Positions 8,656 through 17,982 of a stretch of DNA of 59,454 bases are shown piece after piece. The notes under the pieces are model-generated. The model searched no databases and was not told where the DNA came from. It saw only the letters and a list, made by a program, of their open reading frames with translations. Each line of letters begins with the position of its first letter. Position 1 is the first letter of the stretch. The translations under genes were made by a program, and so were the position numbers. Origin of the DNA: a virus (lineage: Duplodnaviria > Caudoviricetes). The stretch spans positions 1 to 59,454 of IMG/VR virus record IMGVR_UViG_3300014720_001630; one strand, written 5' to 3'.

Positions 8656-9828
8656 ATGGCAGGCAAGCAAGCATCCGAAGGCAACGCCGACCGCGGCGAG
8701 TCCATCGTCAGCATGTCCACCATGAAAACGGCGGTGGGCGACATCGACACCATGACGATCTCGCCGAAGGGCGACACGGAAGTGGAAGTCGGCGAGGCGG
8801 ACGAGGGCGACCAGAATGGGGTCCAGATCAACGACAAGGTTGGCGCGCGTGAAGGTGCGCCGGCGGACAAAGGAGGAGACGGCGAAGCGGCCGAGGGCGA
8901 GGAAGGCAACGCCAACCTTTCCGATGAAGTCGGCGACCGTCCCAAGAAAAAGCCCTTCAAGGCCACCCGCGACGGGCGCATCAACGCCCTGACCGGCAAG
9001 CTGCGCGAGACGGAGCGCACGGCCGAGGACTACCGGCGCGAGTTGGAGGAGGAGCGCGCCAAGCGCGCCGCCATCGAGAACGAGAAGCGCCTGTCGGACT
9101 ATGCCGCCGTCATGCACTACTCGGACAAGCTCAAGGCCGACGAGCGCGAACTGATCCGCGAACTCAAGGACGCCAAGGACAAGGCGGACACGGAGAAGGA
9201 AGCCGAGATCCAGTCGAAGCTCTCCGACGTGCAGGGCCGCAAGCGCGAAGCCGAGGCGTGGGTCAACAACAACAAGCCGCCGGAAGCGCCGCCGAAAAAG
9301 GAGGCGACTGCGGAGCAGCCGGCACCCAAGGAGCAGCCGCGCCCCAAGGTGACGTACCAAGGCGAGGCGGCGCGGTGGGTGCAGGAGAACCCGTGGTTCA
9401 ACGAGGGGACGCCCGACTACGACCCCGACCTGTCCACCTACGCGCGGAACTTCGCCACCGGCCTTGAAATCCGCCTCAAGCGTGCGGGCAACGAGGCGGC
9501 GATCGGCAGCAAGGACTATTTCGCCGCCATCGACAACCACATGCGGCAGGCGTTCCCCGACGCATTCGGCGACGATGACGACGGCGACGAACCGCCAGCC
9601 GAGACGCCGCCCCCGCGCGGCAACGGCATCGCGCCGGCGCGGTCCTCCGGCGGCCAGCCCGCGCGCACGGGCCAGCCCGCCAATCCGAACAAGGTGGTCT
9701 TGACGCAGGAACAGCGCGAGGTCGCGCATGGTATGATCCTGCGTCACCCCGACGGGCGCTCGTTCTCGCCACGCGAGAAGGAAATCGCCTACGCCAAGAG
9801 CCTCGTGTCACTCAAGAAGGGAGCCTGA
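8656..9828 (+). CDS. Putative capsid scaffolding protein
   Basis: Acidic N-terminus, long coiled coil (RINALTGKLRE...), W..ENPWF, C-terminal VVLTQEQREVA; position between portal and capsid. Confidence 0.75.
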   Translation: MAGKQASEGNADRGESIVSMSTMKTAVGDIDTMTISPKGDTEVEVGEADEGDQNGVQINDKVGAREGAPADKGGDGEAAEGEEGNANLSDEVGDRPKKKPFKATRDGRINALTGKLRETERTAEDYRRELEEERAKRAAIENEKRLSDYAAVMHYSDKLKADERELIRELKDAKDKADTEKEAEIQSKLSDVQGRKREAEAWVNNNKPPEAPPKKEATAEQPAPKEQPRPKVTYQGEAARWVQENPWFNEGTPDYDPDLSTYARNFATGLEIRLKRAGNEAAIGSKDYFAAIDNHMRQAFPDAFGDDDDGDEPPAETPPPRGNGIAPARSSGGQPARTGQPANPNKVVLTQEQREVAHGMILRHPDGRSFSPREKEIAYAKSLVSLKKGA

Positions 9829-9829
9829 T

Positions 9830-10321
9830 ATGTCTCGTACATCCCGTGCCGCCGCGTCCCGTGCGATGGGCCAGCGCGCCGCCGTCAAGGGGGGCTTCCA
9901 GAGCGCCCTGCATGTCCCCAAGTCCGAAATCCCCAAGGGTGTCGTGTACCGTTGGGTGCGCGAGTACATCCAAGGCGAGCCGGACGACAACAACGTGGAA
10001 CAGCGGCTGCGCAACGGTTGGACGCCCGTGCCTGCCGACCGGCACCCCACGCTCGTCGCACCCCCGCTGCCGGGCCGCACGCAGGAAAACCACGGCGTCA
10101 TCCGGCGCGGCGGCCTCATCCTGTGCCAGATGTCCGAAGCCGAGTTCAAGGAATGGCAGCAGGCCCTTGCGGCCGAGAACGCCGAGCACATGAACAGCAC
10201 GGCATGGACCCGCGGCGAGCTTGCCGACGACGACCGCCGCATGCCCATGATCGAGCTTGCCGACGAGGCCGGCATGAACGAAACCAAGATCGAGCGGGTT
10301 GTGTCCCTGCCCGACAAGTAG
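9830..10321 (+). CDS. Conserved head-module protein of unknown function
   Basis: YRWVR...N...R..NGWTPV...HP...GGLILC pattern; position after the scaffold gene. Confidence 0.75.
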   Translation: MSRTSRAAASRAMGQRAAVKGGFQSALHVPKSEIPKGVVYRWVREYIQGEPDDNNVEQRLRNGWTPVPADRHPTLVAPPLPGRTQENHGVIRRGGLILCQMSEAEFKEWQQALAAENAEHMNSTAWTRGELADDDRRMPMIELADEAGMNETKIERVVSLPDK

Positions 10322-10325
10322 TACA

Positions 10326-10416
10326 GTCACCCCGCTCGGCTTTGCAGCCTGAGCGTGGCGTTTTCCTCCCTGTCAAACTTGCCCCGGCCGCCTCCCCGCG
10401 CGCCGGGGTCTTTATT
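10326..10416 (+). ncRNA. Candidate MmgR/SuhB (alpha-r8)-like anti-Shine-Dalgarno sRNA
   Basis: 5' hairpin 10326-10359, single-stranded UUUCCUCCCU at 10362-10371, then a terminator hairpin with a U-rich tail. Confidence 0.55.
10381..10416 (+). terminator. Intrinsic terminator
   Basis: GCCCCGGC/GCCGGGGT stem followed by CTTTATT. Confidence 0.65.
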
Positions 10417-10469
10417 CCGAGCCCGGCGGACTACCGGCATGGCCGTGCGATCCGGCCTGACACTACCCC

Positions 10470-10498
10470 TTGACACAGCATTTAATCCCCGATAGCGT
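10470..10498 (+). promoter_or_regulatory. Sigma70-type promoter for the capsid genes
   Basis: TTGACA-N17-TAGCGT. Confidence 0.75.
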
Positions 10499-10655
10499 AC
10501 CGACACTCGGCCTATGAGCCGTTCGCGCTTCGGCGCGCCTTGACCCCTCCGAGGGGTCCGCCCACGGGGCGCAAAACTCGGTCCAATTTCAAGCTGGCAA
10601 CGGCACGGCGCACGCGCGCTCGTGCCCTTTTGCCGTGCTCAACAGGAGGCCACGA

Positions 10656-11258
10656 ATGGCTTACGGTGTGAACGCTCCCTGGGGTCTCAAGCCCAACCGT
10701 TACGCGAACGGTTCGCCCTACACGGGCACGACGAACCAGTACAACATCGCGTCCGGCTACGGCACGAGCCTGTTCACGGGCGACCCCGTGACGACGCTCA
10801 ACGACGGCACGATCGGCATCGGTGTCGCCGGCTCCGCCATCCGCGGCGTGTTCATGGGCACCAAGTACACCGACACGCTCGGCAACATCCGCTTCTTCCC
10901 CTACTGGCCCGCGAGCACGACCGTCCAGACCGGCTCGACCGTCGTGGCCCTCGTGATCGATGACCCGAACATCGTCGTCAACGTGCAGGAGACGAACGGT
11001 TCCGGCGCTGCCGGCACGCCGCTCGCCCTCGCCGACCGCGGCCTCAACGCGAACTTCTATGTCGGCACCGGCAACACGACCACCGGCCTCTCGGGCACGA
11101 CGATCAACAACGCGACCGAGAACACGACCGGCACGCTGAACCTCAAGATCCTCGACCTCACGCCGGTCCCCGGCAACGTCGTTGGCGCCTTCGCCAACTG
11201 GATCTGCACGATCAACAACCACCAGTTCAAGGGTGGCACCGGCACCGACGGCGTCTGA
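10656..11258 (+). CDS. Putative capsid decoration/cement protein
   Basis: AGGAGG SD, NAPWGLKP N-terminus, Thr/Gly-rich, strongly biased codons, directly before the major capsid gene. Confidence 0.7.
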   Translation: MAYGVNAPWGLKPNRYANGSPYTGTTNQYNIASGYGTSLFTGDPVTTLNDGTIGIGVAGSAIRGVFMGTKYTDTLGNIRFFPYWPASTTVQTGSTVVALVIDDPNIVVNVQETNGSGAAGTPLALADRGLNANFYVGTGNTTTGLSGTTINNATENTTGTLNLKILDLTPVPGNVVGAFANWICTINNHQFKGGTGTDGV

Positions 11259-11285
11259 CCCCCAGGTCACGGAAGGAACAATCCC

Positions 11286-12191
11286 ATGACGGTCAATACC
11301 ACCCAGATCCGCGACCTGCTCCGCCCCGGACTTGCCGCGGTTTTCGGCGACTACCCGATGTATCCGGCCCAGTGGACCGAGATCTTCGAGAAGCACACGT
11401 CCGACAAGGCCGTGGAGATCGAAGTCGAAATGAAGATGCTCGGCCTTGCGCAGATCAAGCAGGAAGGTGCGAGCATCGCCTACGACACGATGGGCCAGCG
11501 GTTCGTCACGAACTACGTCCACCGTTACGTCGGCCTCGGCTTCATCATCACGCGGCAGGCGATCAAGGACAACCTGTACAAGTCCCGCTTCCCGCTCCAG
11601 CAGCAGGCGCTCAAGCGTTCGCTGCTCCAGACGAAGGAAGTGCTCGGCGCCTCGGTGCTGAACAACGGCTTCGACACGAACTTCCCCATCGGCGACGGCC
11701 AACCGCTGTTCTCGACGGCCCATCCGATCGACGGTTCGACGCAGGCCAACACCTTCACGGTGCAGGCCGACCTCAACGAAACCTCCTTGCAGGACGCCAT
11801 CACCGGCATCCAGCGGTTCCGCGATGTCGCCGGCCTGCGCGTCATGACGAAGCCCAAGAAGCTCATCGTCCCGACGCCGCTCCAGTGGACGGCCGACCGC
11901 CTGCTCAACTCGCAGTTCCGCACCGGCACCGCCAACAACGACATCTCGGCGCTCTACAACACCTCCGCCGTGCCGCAGGGCTACCGCGTCAACCAGTTCC
12001 TCACGGACGACAATGCGTGGTTCGTGATGACGGACGCGGACAACTCGTTCAAGTACTACGACCGCGAGCCGCTCGAAATCGATATGTACACGGACTTCGA
12101 TAATGACAACTTGAAGGTCAAGGCCATCGAGCGGTATTCGTTCGGCGTGTCGAACTGGCGCGGTGCGTGGGGCTCGCAGGGTTCCACCTGA
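11286..12191 (+). CDS. Major capsid protein (Mu gpT-like, HK97 fold)
   Basis: LLRPGL..FG.Y, DNLY, GDGQPLFSTAHP, PKKLIVP, ERYSFGVSNWRGAWGS; strong codon bias. Confidence 0.9.
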   Translation: MTVNTTQIRDLLRPGLAAVFGDYPMYPAQWTEIFEKHTSDKAVEIEVEMKMLGLAQIKQEGASIAYDTMGQRFVTNYVHRYVGLGFIITRQAIKDNLYKSRFPLQQQALKRSLLQTKEVLGASVLNNGFDTNFPIGDGQPLFSTAHPIDGSTQANTFTVQADLNETSLQDAITGIQRFRDVAGLRVMTKPKKLIVPTPLQWTADRLLNSQFRTGTANNDISALYNTSAVPQGYRVNQFLTDDNAWFVMTDADNSFKYYDREPLEIDMYTDFDNDNLKVKAIERYSFGVSNWRGAWGSQGST

Positions 12192-12215
12192 TCTGACGGT
12201 GCAAGGAGAGCGGGC

Positions 12216-12944
12216 ATGACCCACGTTTCCGACAACTACCGCACCGGCCAGGTGTTCCGTGCGTCCAACGGGACCAACGGTGCGGCGACGAGCCCGATCT
12301 ACGTCTACGCGACGACGCCGCCGGAGGCAGCGCCGAACGCGCTGGCGGCGGCGCAGACGGTTTCCGGTGCAGCGTTCACGCTCGCGGCGGGTTCCGGCGT
12401 CACGACGACGACGATCAACGGGACGACGTACTACGACCTCGGCGTGGCGCGCTGCATCCGTGCGGTGGGCCAGATCGGCACGGTGACGGGCACGACCCTC
12501 ACGGTGGTCGGCATCGAGGAGACTGTGGAGGAGGACGGCACGCTTGGGCCGGGCCTGCCGATGCAGTTCACGATGTCGAGTCCGGTTTCGGGCCTGACGA
12601 CGACGAGCACGAAGGCGATCCGGTACGTCCGGTCGATCACGACGGACGGGAACACGACCTCGGGCGTGTCGATCGGCACGGTCGATACGTTCGGCTTCCC
12701 GTACAAGGTGGCGAACTTCGGCGACGTGATCCTCAACTGGAACAACGCGCTCATCACGGCGAGCACGGGCTTCACGGCGGCGGTCACGACCTCGCCGGCG
12801 ACGGCGCAGACGGGCGACGTACGCGGCACCTATGCGGTGCAGTCGGGCTCGTCCAACGGCTCGCTGGTGTTCCGGGCGTACATCTTCGTCAAGGATCCCA
12901 ACACGACGACCGGACTGTACGGCCAAGCGCAGTACAACGGTTAA
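12216..12944 (+). CDS. Thr-rich virion structural protein (head-associated)
   Basis: AAGGAG SD, beta-rich, GDVRGTY motif, follows the capsid gene. Confidence 0.7.
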   Translation: MTHVSDNYRTGQVFRASNGTNGAATSPIYVYATTPPEAAPNALAAAQTVSGAAFTLAAGSGVTTTTINGTTYYDLGVARCIRAVGQIGTVTGTTLTVVGIEETVEEDGTLGPGLPMQFTMSSPVSGLTTTSTKAIRYVRSITTDGNTTSGVSIGTVDTFGFPYKVANFGDVILNWNNALITASTGFTAAVTTSPATAQTGDVRGTYAVQSGSSNGSLVFRAYIFVKDPNTTTGLYGQAQYNG

Positions 12945-12950
12945 CGCGCC

Positions 12951-14330
12951 ATGTGGCTGCTTCCCACGCACGCGCGGGCCGACAACCTCCGCACGGTTCT
13001 GGCGGCGTGCGTGGAAACCGGCATGTCTACGCCGGGCCTCATCCACGTCAACGCCGGGCCGGCGCAGGATGCGTATCGGGATATTGCCGTGCCCGCCAAC
13101 TGGACGGTGGTGTACGGCGAGCGGGACATGACGCTCGGCGACGTGATGCGCTGGTTCTACGCCACGCATCCCGACCTGCCGTGGTACGGCATCATCACCG
13201 ACGACCAGGTTCCGGTGACGCCGGGATGGGATGCCAAGCTCGTGGCACAGGCCGAGGGTTCGCGCATCGTGTCAAGCGACGACGGCTGGCAGGCGCCGCA
13301 GCGCATGCACGGGGCGGCGGTGCTCGGCGGCGACTTCGTGCGGGCGATGGGCGGCCTGGTCCCCGAGGGGTTCCAGCATCAGTTCATCGACAACGTGTGG
13401 GAACGGCTTGGCCGCGACTCCGGCTTGTGGTTCGTGGACATGAGCGTGCTCGTGGAGCACCGGCACCCGCTCAAGGCGGGCAAGCCGATGGACGCGACGT
13501 ATGAGGCCAATTTCGCCCGGCAGCAGGACGACGCGCGCCGGTATCAGGCGTGGGAGACTTTCGAGCGGCAGCGCGCCGTGACGGCGCTGGCTCCGCTCAT
13601 GGGAGCCGGTCGCAACCGGCCGGTCACTCTGGCGGGCAAGAAACTGTCCATCGGCACGCCTTGCTACGGCGGCCAGTTCACCGAGGCGTACATGCACTCG
13701 ATGATGAGCACGGTACCCGTGCTGATCGAGTACGGCGTGGGCTACGAGTTCTTCACGATCCCCAACCAGTCGCTCGTGCATCGCGCGCGCAACCAGATCA
13801 TCGAGCGTTTCCTGCGCTCCGACACCGACTGGCTCGTGTTCATCGACGCGGACATGGGCTGGAAGCCGGACGCGCTTTTGCGCCTCATGGCGTCGGGCAA
13901 GGACGTGGTAGCCGTGGCCGGCCCGCGCAAGCAAGAGCCGGTGACGTTCTGCGTCAACCTCGACGGGCCGCCGGCCAAGGCTTGCCCGGATACCAACCTT
14001 TTGGAAGCAGCCGAGGTCGGTTCGGGATTCATGCTCATCTCGCGCGCCGCGGCGCAGAAGATGTGGGACTCGTATCAGGACCGCCGGTACTTCTGCCAGG
14101 TGACGGGCAAGTGGTTCGTCAACCTGTTCGAGAACACGATCGAGGACTACCGCGAGTATTCGGAGGACTACACGTTCTGCCGGCGCTGGCGTGCGCTTGG
14201 CGGCAAGGTGTATGTGGACCCTTTCAGCGCGTTGGATCACGTCGGCGGCAAGACCTTCACGGGCAAGTACGGCGACTGGCTTGCCGAGCAGGCTGCCGCC
14301 GCGCGCGACCAACAGCAAGCGGCGGAGTAG
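12951..14330 (+). CDS. Tandem two-domain GT-A glycosyltransferase
   Basis: N-domain LLPTHAR...IITDDQV...GWD...HQFIDN...VEHRHP. C-domain IGTPCYGG...SLVHRARN...LVFIDAD...GSGFMLI...SEDYTFC. Confidence 0.85.
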   Translation: MWLLPTHARADNLRTVLAACVETGMSTPGLIHVNAGPAQDAYRDIAVPANWTVVYGERDMTLGDVMRWFYATHPDLPWYGIITDDQVPVTPGWDAKLVAQAEGSRIVSSDDGWQAPQRMHGAAVLGGDFVRAMGGLVPEGFQHQFIDNVWERLGRDSGLWFVDMSVLVEHRHPLKAGKPMDATYEANFARQQDDARRYQAWETFERQRAVTALAPLMGAGRNRPVTLAGKKLSIGTPCYGGQFTEAYMHSMMSTVPVLIEYGVGYEFFTIPNQSLVHRARNQIIERFLRSDTDWLVFIDADMGWKPDALLRLMASGKDVVAVAGPRKQEPVTFCVNLDGPPAKACPDTNLLEAAEVGSGFMLISRAAAQKMWDSYQDRRYFCQVTGKWFVNLFENTIEDYREYSEDYTFCRRWRALGGKVYVDPFSALDHVGGKTFTGKYGDWLAEQAAAARDQQQAAE

Positions 14331-14333
14331 GCT

Positions 14334-15008
14334 ATGGCTATCCCGGCAACCTATACATTCGTGGTGTCAGGTAGTGCGGCCATCTGCGCTGCGCAGACAA
14401 CTGGTGCGGCCGGGGCGCTGACAATTAACGGAACATACCTTGACGGTATGACGGCTGGCACGTCTTGGGCGCGAGCGATCGTGCCTGGCGGCTTCGGTCG
14501 TGTCGTTTCGCTTACGTCAACAGGCAATTTGTCTGCGATCAATTTTACGATTGCTGGACGCGATGTTTACGGTCGCAGCGTATCGGAAACGCGCGTTGGT
14601 CCCAACAACAGTACAGTTGTCACGACTCAGGAGTTTGCTGTTGTAACCTCGGTTACGGCAGACGCGGCGGTCGGCACAAACGTAACCGTTGGCCTTGGCA
14701 CGACCGGAAGCACGCGCCCGTTTACAGCGTCCACAAACCTCACGCCGGCAAACTTTGCGCTGTACGGCACAATTTCTGGAACGGTCACATGGTCGATCCA
14801 AGATACGCCAACTGACATCAATGCGCTTTTGGCGGCGGCTGGCAACCCGCAGAGCATTGTGTGGCTGAACCATCCGACGCTTAGTTCGGTGACGAGCAAT
14901 CTATCTTCAAACTATGCGTTTCCCGTGCGGTTCATTCGCGGCGTTGTCAACAGTTCGGCGTCCAACGCTTCTGCGGAAATCACCATCACGCAGGCAGGTG
15001 TGACATGA
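14334..15008 (+). CDS. Virion structural protein (beta-rich)
   Basis: Thr/Ser-rich; ends YAFPVRFIR...ITITQAG. Confidence 0.7.
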   Translation: MAIPATYTFVVSGSAAICAAQTTGAAGALTINGTYLDGMTAGTSWARAIVPGGFGRVVSLTSTGNLSAINFTIAGRDVYGRSVSETRVGPNNSTVVTTQEFAVVTSVTADAAVGTNVTVGLGTTGSTRPFTASTNLTPANFALYGTISGTVTWSIQDTPTDINALLAAAGNPQSIVWLNHPTLSSVTSNLSSNYAFPVRFIRGVVNSSASNASAEITITQAGVT

Positions 15009-15577
15009 CGGCAGCCATTGCAGGCACGGCGGTTGCGCCGCAGCCGTTCAATCTCAGCGATGCCATTCTCCGTGCGCTGTCGTCGCCGGATGAGGTGGCA
15101 AAGATTGCGGCATATGCCAAAAAGATCGTTGACGACGCGGAAGCGAAAGCTGCGGCTGTCCGATCCGAAATGGATGCGGAGGTTTCTGCCGCCAAAGCCA
15201 GCATCGAAAATTCGACAAAGCAGGCAAACGACATCATTGCAAGGGCGCAGGCGCAGGCATCCGAAATTGCCGCTACGGCTCAAGCGCAAGCTGACAGGGC
15301 GCTGGAGTCGAAGCGCGCCGCCGAAAAGCGTGTCGCCGAAATAAATGCTTCTGTTGAGGCGCTGGAAAAGCGCGTTGCAGATCTTTCTGCGCAAGTCGAT
15401 GCGGCATTTGCCGATCGAGAGGCCAACGTGTCTGCGGGCGAAGCCAAAATAACTGCCGCTTTGCAGGCTGCCGCAGATAGGGAAGGCGCGGCGCGTGCTG
15501 CTGAAAAAGCGGCGCTTGCGGCCGAGTCGGAGTTTAAGTCCAAGCTGGCCGCGCTGAAAGCCGCTATGGCGGGGTGA
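15005..15577 (+). CDS. Ala-rich coiled-coil protein
   Basis: Heptad-like A/E/K-rich sequence; ATGA overlap. Confidence 0.7.
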   Translation: MTAAIAGTAVAPQPFNLSDAILRALSSPDEVAKIAAYAKKIVDDAEAKAAAVRSEMDAEVSAAKASIENSTKQANDIIARAQAQASEIAATAQAQADRALESKRAAEKRVAEINASVEALEKRVADLSAQVDAAFADREANVSAGEAKITAALQAAADREGAARAAEKAALAAESEFKSKLAALKAAMAG

Positions 15578-15581
15578 TGTC

Positions 15582-15947
15582 ATGGCCGTTACTCACAAAT
15601 TCGTTTCGGCGATCGTAGACAGCGGCGATCCAACGATTGTCCAGCCGTCAAACTGGAACGACACGCACGATGGGGCGCTTGAGGCGGCGTCTGGACAAGT
15701 TAACTTCGGCACGACTGAGGGCAACGGCGATGCGTCGGTTTCCGTCGCGGCGACTTGGGTAACAGCGTCGTCAATTATCGTGGTTTCCCCCGGCGCGGCG
15801 AGTGCGGACCACGACGCGGAAGATGCGCTTCTTGAAGGTTTGATCGCTAGCGTTACCGACCTGACGGCGGGCGTTGGTTTCACACTCACGGTCCATGCGC
15901 CTTCTGGCACTTGGGGCCGCTACAATTTTAACGCAGCGGGGCTTTAG
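15582..15947 (+). CDS. Small virion structural protein
   Basis: N-terminal H.F.SAI.D....VQPSNWN..H motif. Confidence 0.7.
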   Translation: MAVTHKFVSAIVDSGDPTIVQPSNWNDTHDGALEAASGQVNFGTTEGNGDASVSVAATWVTASSIIVVSPGAASADHDAEDALLEGLIASVTDLTAGVGFTLTVHAPSGTWGRYNFNAAGL

Positions 15948-15950
15948 AGA

Positions 15951-17405
15951 ATGTCAGTCGTTCTCCGTGGTGGCGCTTCGGGCTTATTGCCGGATGCAAA
16001 GGCGGGTATCGGCGGCGAGGTCGCGCTGGTCGTCTCAAGCGAGGCGACAAAGGCGGAAGCCGGATATGTCGCTGGCATGGGCCTTGTCGATGAAGGTTCT
16101 GTCGTTGCTGGCGGCATTCGTCGCGAATTTGACGTTTCGAGCGACTTTCGCCAGCGCGTCGGCACGGATACCGCGCTTTGGCAGGATGCGTTCCAGTATA
16201 CGACAATCAACGCATCTGCCTATCAGGTCATCACTTCCACGATGACAATCACGCAAGCGGGCGGCCTGTTGAACCTCAACGCGGGCTCTGCGACGGCGAC
16301 AGGTAACCACGTTGTTTTGCGTACCTATCGAACGTTCCCCATTCTCTCGGCGGCTCCGAGCTATCTCTATTTCTCGGCTATCGGCATCAACCAGACGGCG
16401 CTCAACGCTCAGTGCGACGTTGGCCTTGGATTTGCGACGACCACGGTTGCCCCGACCGACGGCGTGTTTTTCCGCTGGACGCTCTCCGGAACGCTTGTCG
16501 GCGTGATGAACAACAACGGCGTCGAAACGACGACCGACGGCCTGACGAAAGTTGCCGACAACGAGCGCGGCGAATACTTGATCGTCATCAACGACGAGGA
16601 CGTCGAGTTCTGGATCGACGGCGTATTCCGCGCGCGCCTAACTGCCGTCACGACCTATACCGGTCATGGCGTCGTGCAATCGGAAGCGCTCCCATTCGTC
16701 GCGCGCCTGTTCAACTCCGGCACCGCCAGCCCGGCCAAGCGCCTCGGCATTGCGGAAGTCGGCATTGCCATGGGCGACATGGCGACCAACCGCTTGTGGG
16801 CCACGCAGATGGCGGGTATGGAGCAGGGCGCGCACCAGACGCCGCCGGGGGCTGCGGCAGCGCAGGCCGCGACTTGGGCCAACTCCGCAGCCCCCGCATC
16901 GATCACGCTGGCAAACAACGGCGCAGGCGCAAACACTCTAACCACGCTTGGCGGTCTGTGGCAGTTTGCCGCCCCGGCTGGTGCCGAAACAGACTATGTG
17001 ATTTTCACGTACCTAGTCCCTGCTGGCTCGGTCACGCAGCCCGGCAAAACTCTCGTCATTCGCGGGGTCCGCATTGACGCGCTTAACACGGGCGCTGCGG
17101 TTGCCACGACCCCCACAACGCTGTTCTGGGCGCTCGGCGTCGGCGGTACGGCGGCAAACTTGGCGACGGCGGACAGCTTGACGGCGGGCACTCGTGCCTA
17201 TCGCCGTATTCCGCTCGGCATCCAGTCGTTGGTTGTCGGTGCGGCAATCGGCGCGCAGGCCACGGCTATCGACATGAACCTTGACGCCCCCGTGATTGTT
17301 GCCCCCGGCACGCGCGTCAACGGCATCGTCCGCGTTCCGCTCGGCACGGCGACGGCTTCGCAGGTCTTGCGCGGCACGTTCTTCGTCAACGGCTATTTCG
17401 AGTAA
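15951..17405 (+). CDS. Virion protein with a putative concanavalin/lectin-like beta-sandwich
   Basis: DGVFFRW...YLIVI....VEFWIDG pattern. Confidence 0.65.
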   Translation: MSVVLRGGASGLLPDAKAGIGGEVALVVSSEATKAEAGYVAGMGLVDEGSVVAGGIRREFDVSSDFRQRVGTDTALWQDAFQYTTINASAYQVITSTMTITQAGGLLNLNAGSATATGNHVVLRTYRTFPILSAAPSYLYFSAIGINQTALNAQCDVGLGFATTTVAPTDGVFFRWTLSGTLVGVMNNNGVETTTDGLTKVADNERGEYLIVINDEDVEFWIDGVFRARLTAVTTYTGHGVVQSEALPFVARLFNSGTASPAKRLGIAEVGIAMGDMATNRLWATQMAGMEQGAHQTPPGAAAAQAATWANSAAPASITLANNGAGANTLTTLGGLWQFAAPAGAETDYVIFTYLVPAGSVTQPGKTLVIRGVRIDALNTGAAVATTPTTLFWALGVGGTAANLATADSLTAGTRAYRRIPLGIQSLVVGAAIGAQATAIDMNLDAPVIVAPGTRVNGIVRVPLGTATASQVLRGTFFVNGYFE

Positions 17406-17410
17406 GTCCG

Positions 17411-17551
17411 ATGGTCAACCTTTCTGCGGGAAAACTTGGCGGGACGGTTGTGGACGGCACCGGATGGGAAATCGGGACCGAGCGTGTGTTCAGCGGTTTT
17501 ATCTATCGACGCATTGACGAAGATCAGGCCGTATTTGTCGGGAGTGTCTAG
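17411..17551 (+). CDS. 46-aa micro-protein (not in the ORF track)
   Basis: Translates MVNLSAGKLGGTVVDGTGWEIGTERVFSGFIYRRIDEDQAVFVGSV; tiles the gap. Confidence 0.6.
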   Translation: MVNLSAGKLGGTVVDGTGWEIGTERVFSGFIYRRIDEDQAVFVGSV

Positions 17552-17727
17552 TGCCAGGCCCCACCGCTTTCTTGCCGACGGCGTTTCAAAACGACGCTTT
17601 TCAAATTGCCAATACGCCGCCGCCCGTAGACAATGCACAGTTCCGACTTGGAGGCCCAACGGTTACGCAAGCCTACCCCTTCTACCAACTTGCCGAACCC
17701 TACGATTTGCGGCGAAGGACGAACTAG
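17551..17727 (+). CDS. 58-aa micro-protein with an AFLPTAFQNDAFQI motif (not in the ORF track)
   Basis: GTG overlaps the previous TAG; its stop abuts the ATG at 17728. Confidence 0.65.
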   Translation: MPGPTAFLPTAFQNDAFQIANTPPPVDNAQFRLGGPTVTQAYPFYQLAEPYDLRRRTN

Positions 17728-17982
17728 ATGGCTCGCGGCAAGACCAACGAGATGCGCGGGATTACGGTGTCGGGCGGCTACAAGCTCCCGGCGTCGAAGG
17801 GTGCCGGGCTGACTGCCAAGGGCCGCGCCGCGATCAACCGCCGCACGGGGTCCAACCTCAAGGCGCCGGCACCGAATCCCAAGACCAAGGCCGACGCCGG
17901 ACGCAAGAAGTCCTTCTGCGCCCGCTCGGCAGGCTGGAAGGGCGAGCGCGGTCTGGCTGCCCGTCGTAGGTGGAAGTGCTGA
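17728..17982 (+). CDS. Small basic protein (DUF6321-like)
   Basis: GLTAKGR...GSNLKAP...RKKSFCAR...RRWKC. Confidence 0.75.
   Translation: MARGKTNEMRGITVSGGYKLPASKGAGLTAKGRAAINRRTGSNLKAPAPNPKTKADAGRKKSFCARSAGWKGERGLAARRRWKC

Noticed and set aside
17436-17969. ORF-track 177-aa ORF, or a non-coding gap at 17406-17727
   Set aside because: Two small coupled ORFs tile the gap exactly, and the long ORF overlaps the DUF6321-like gene out of frame.
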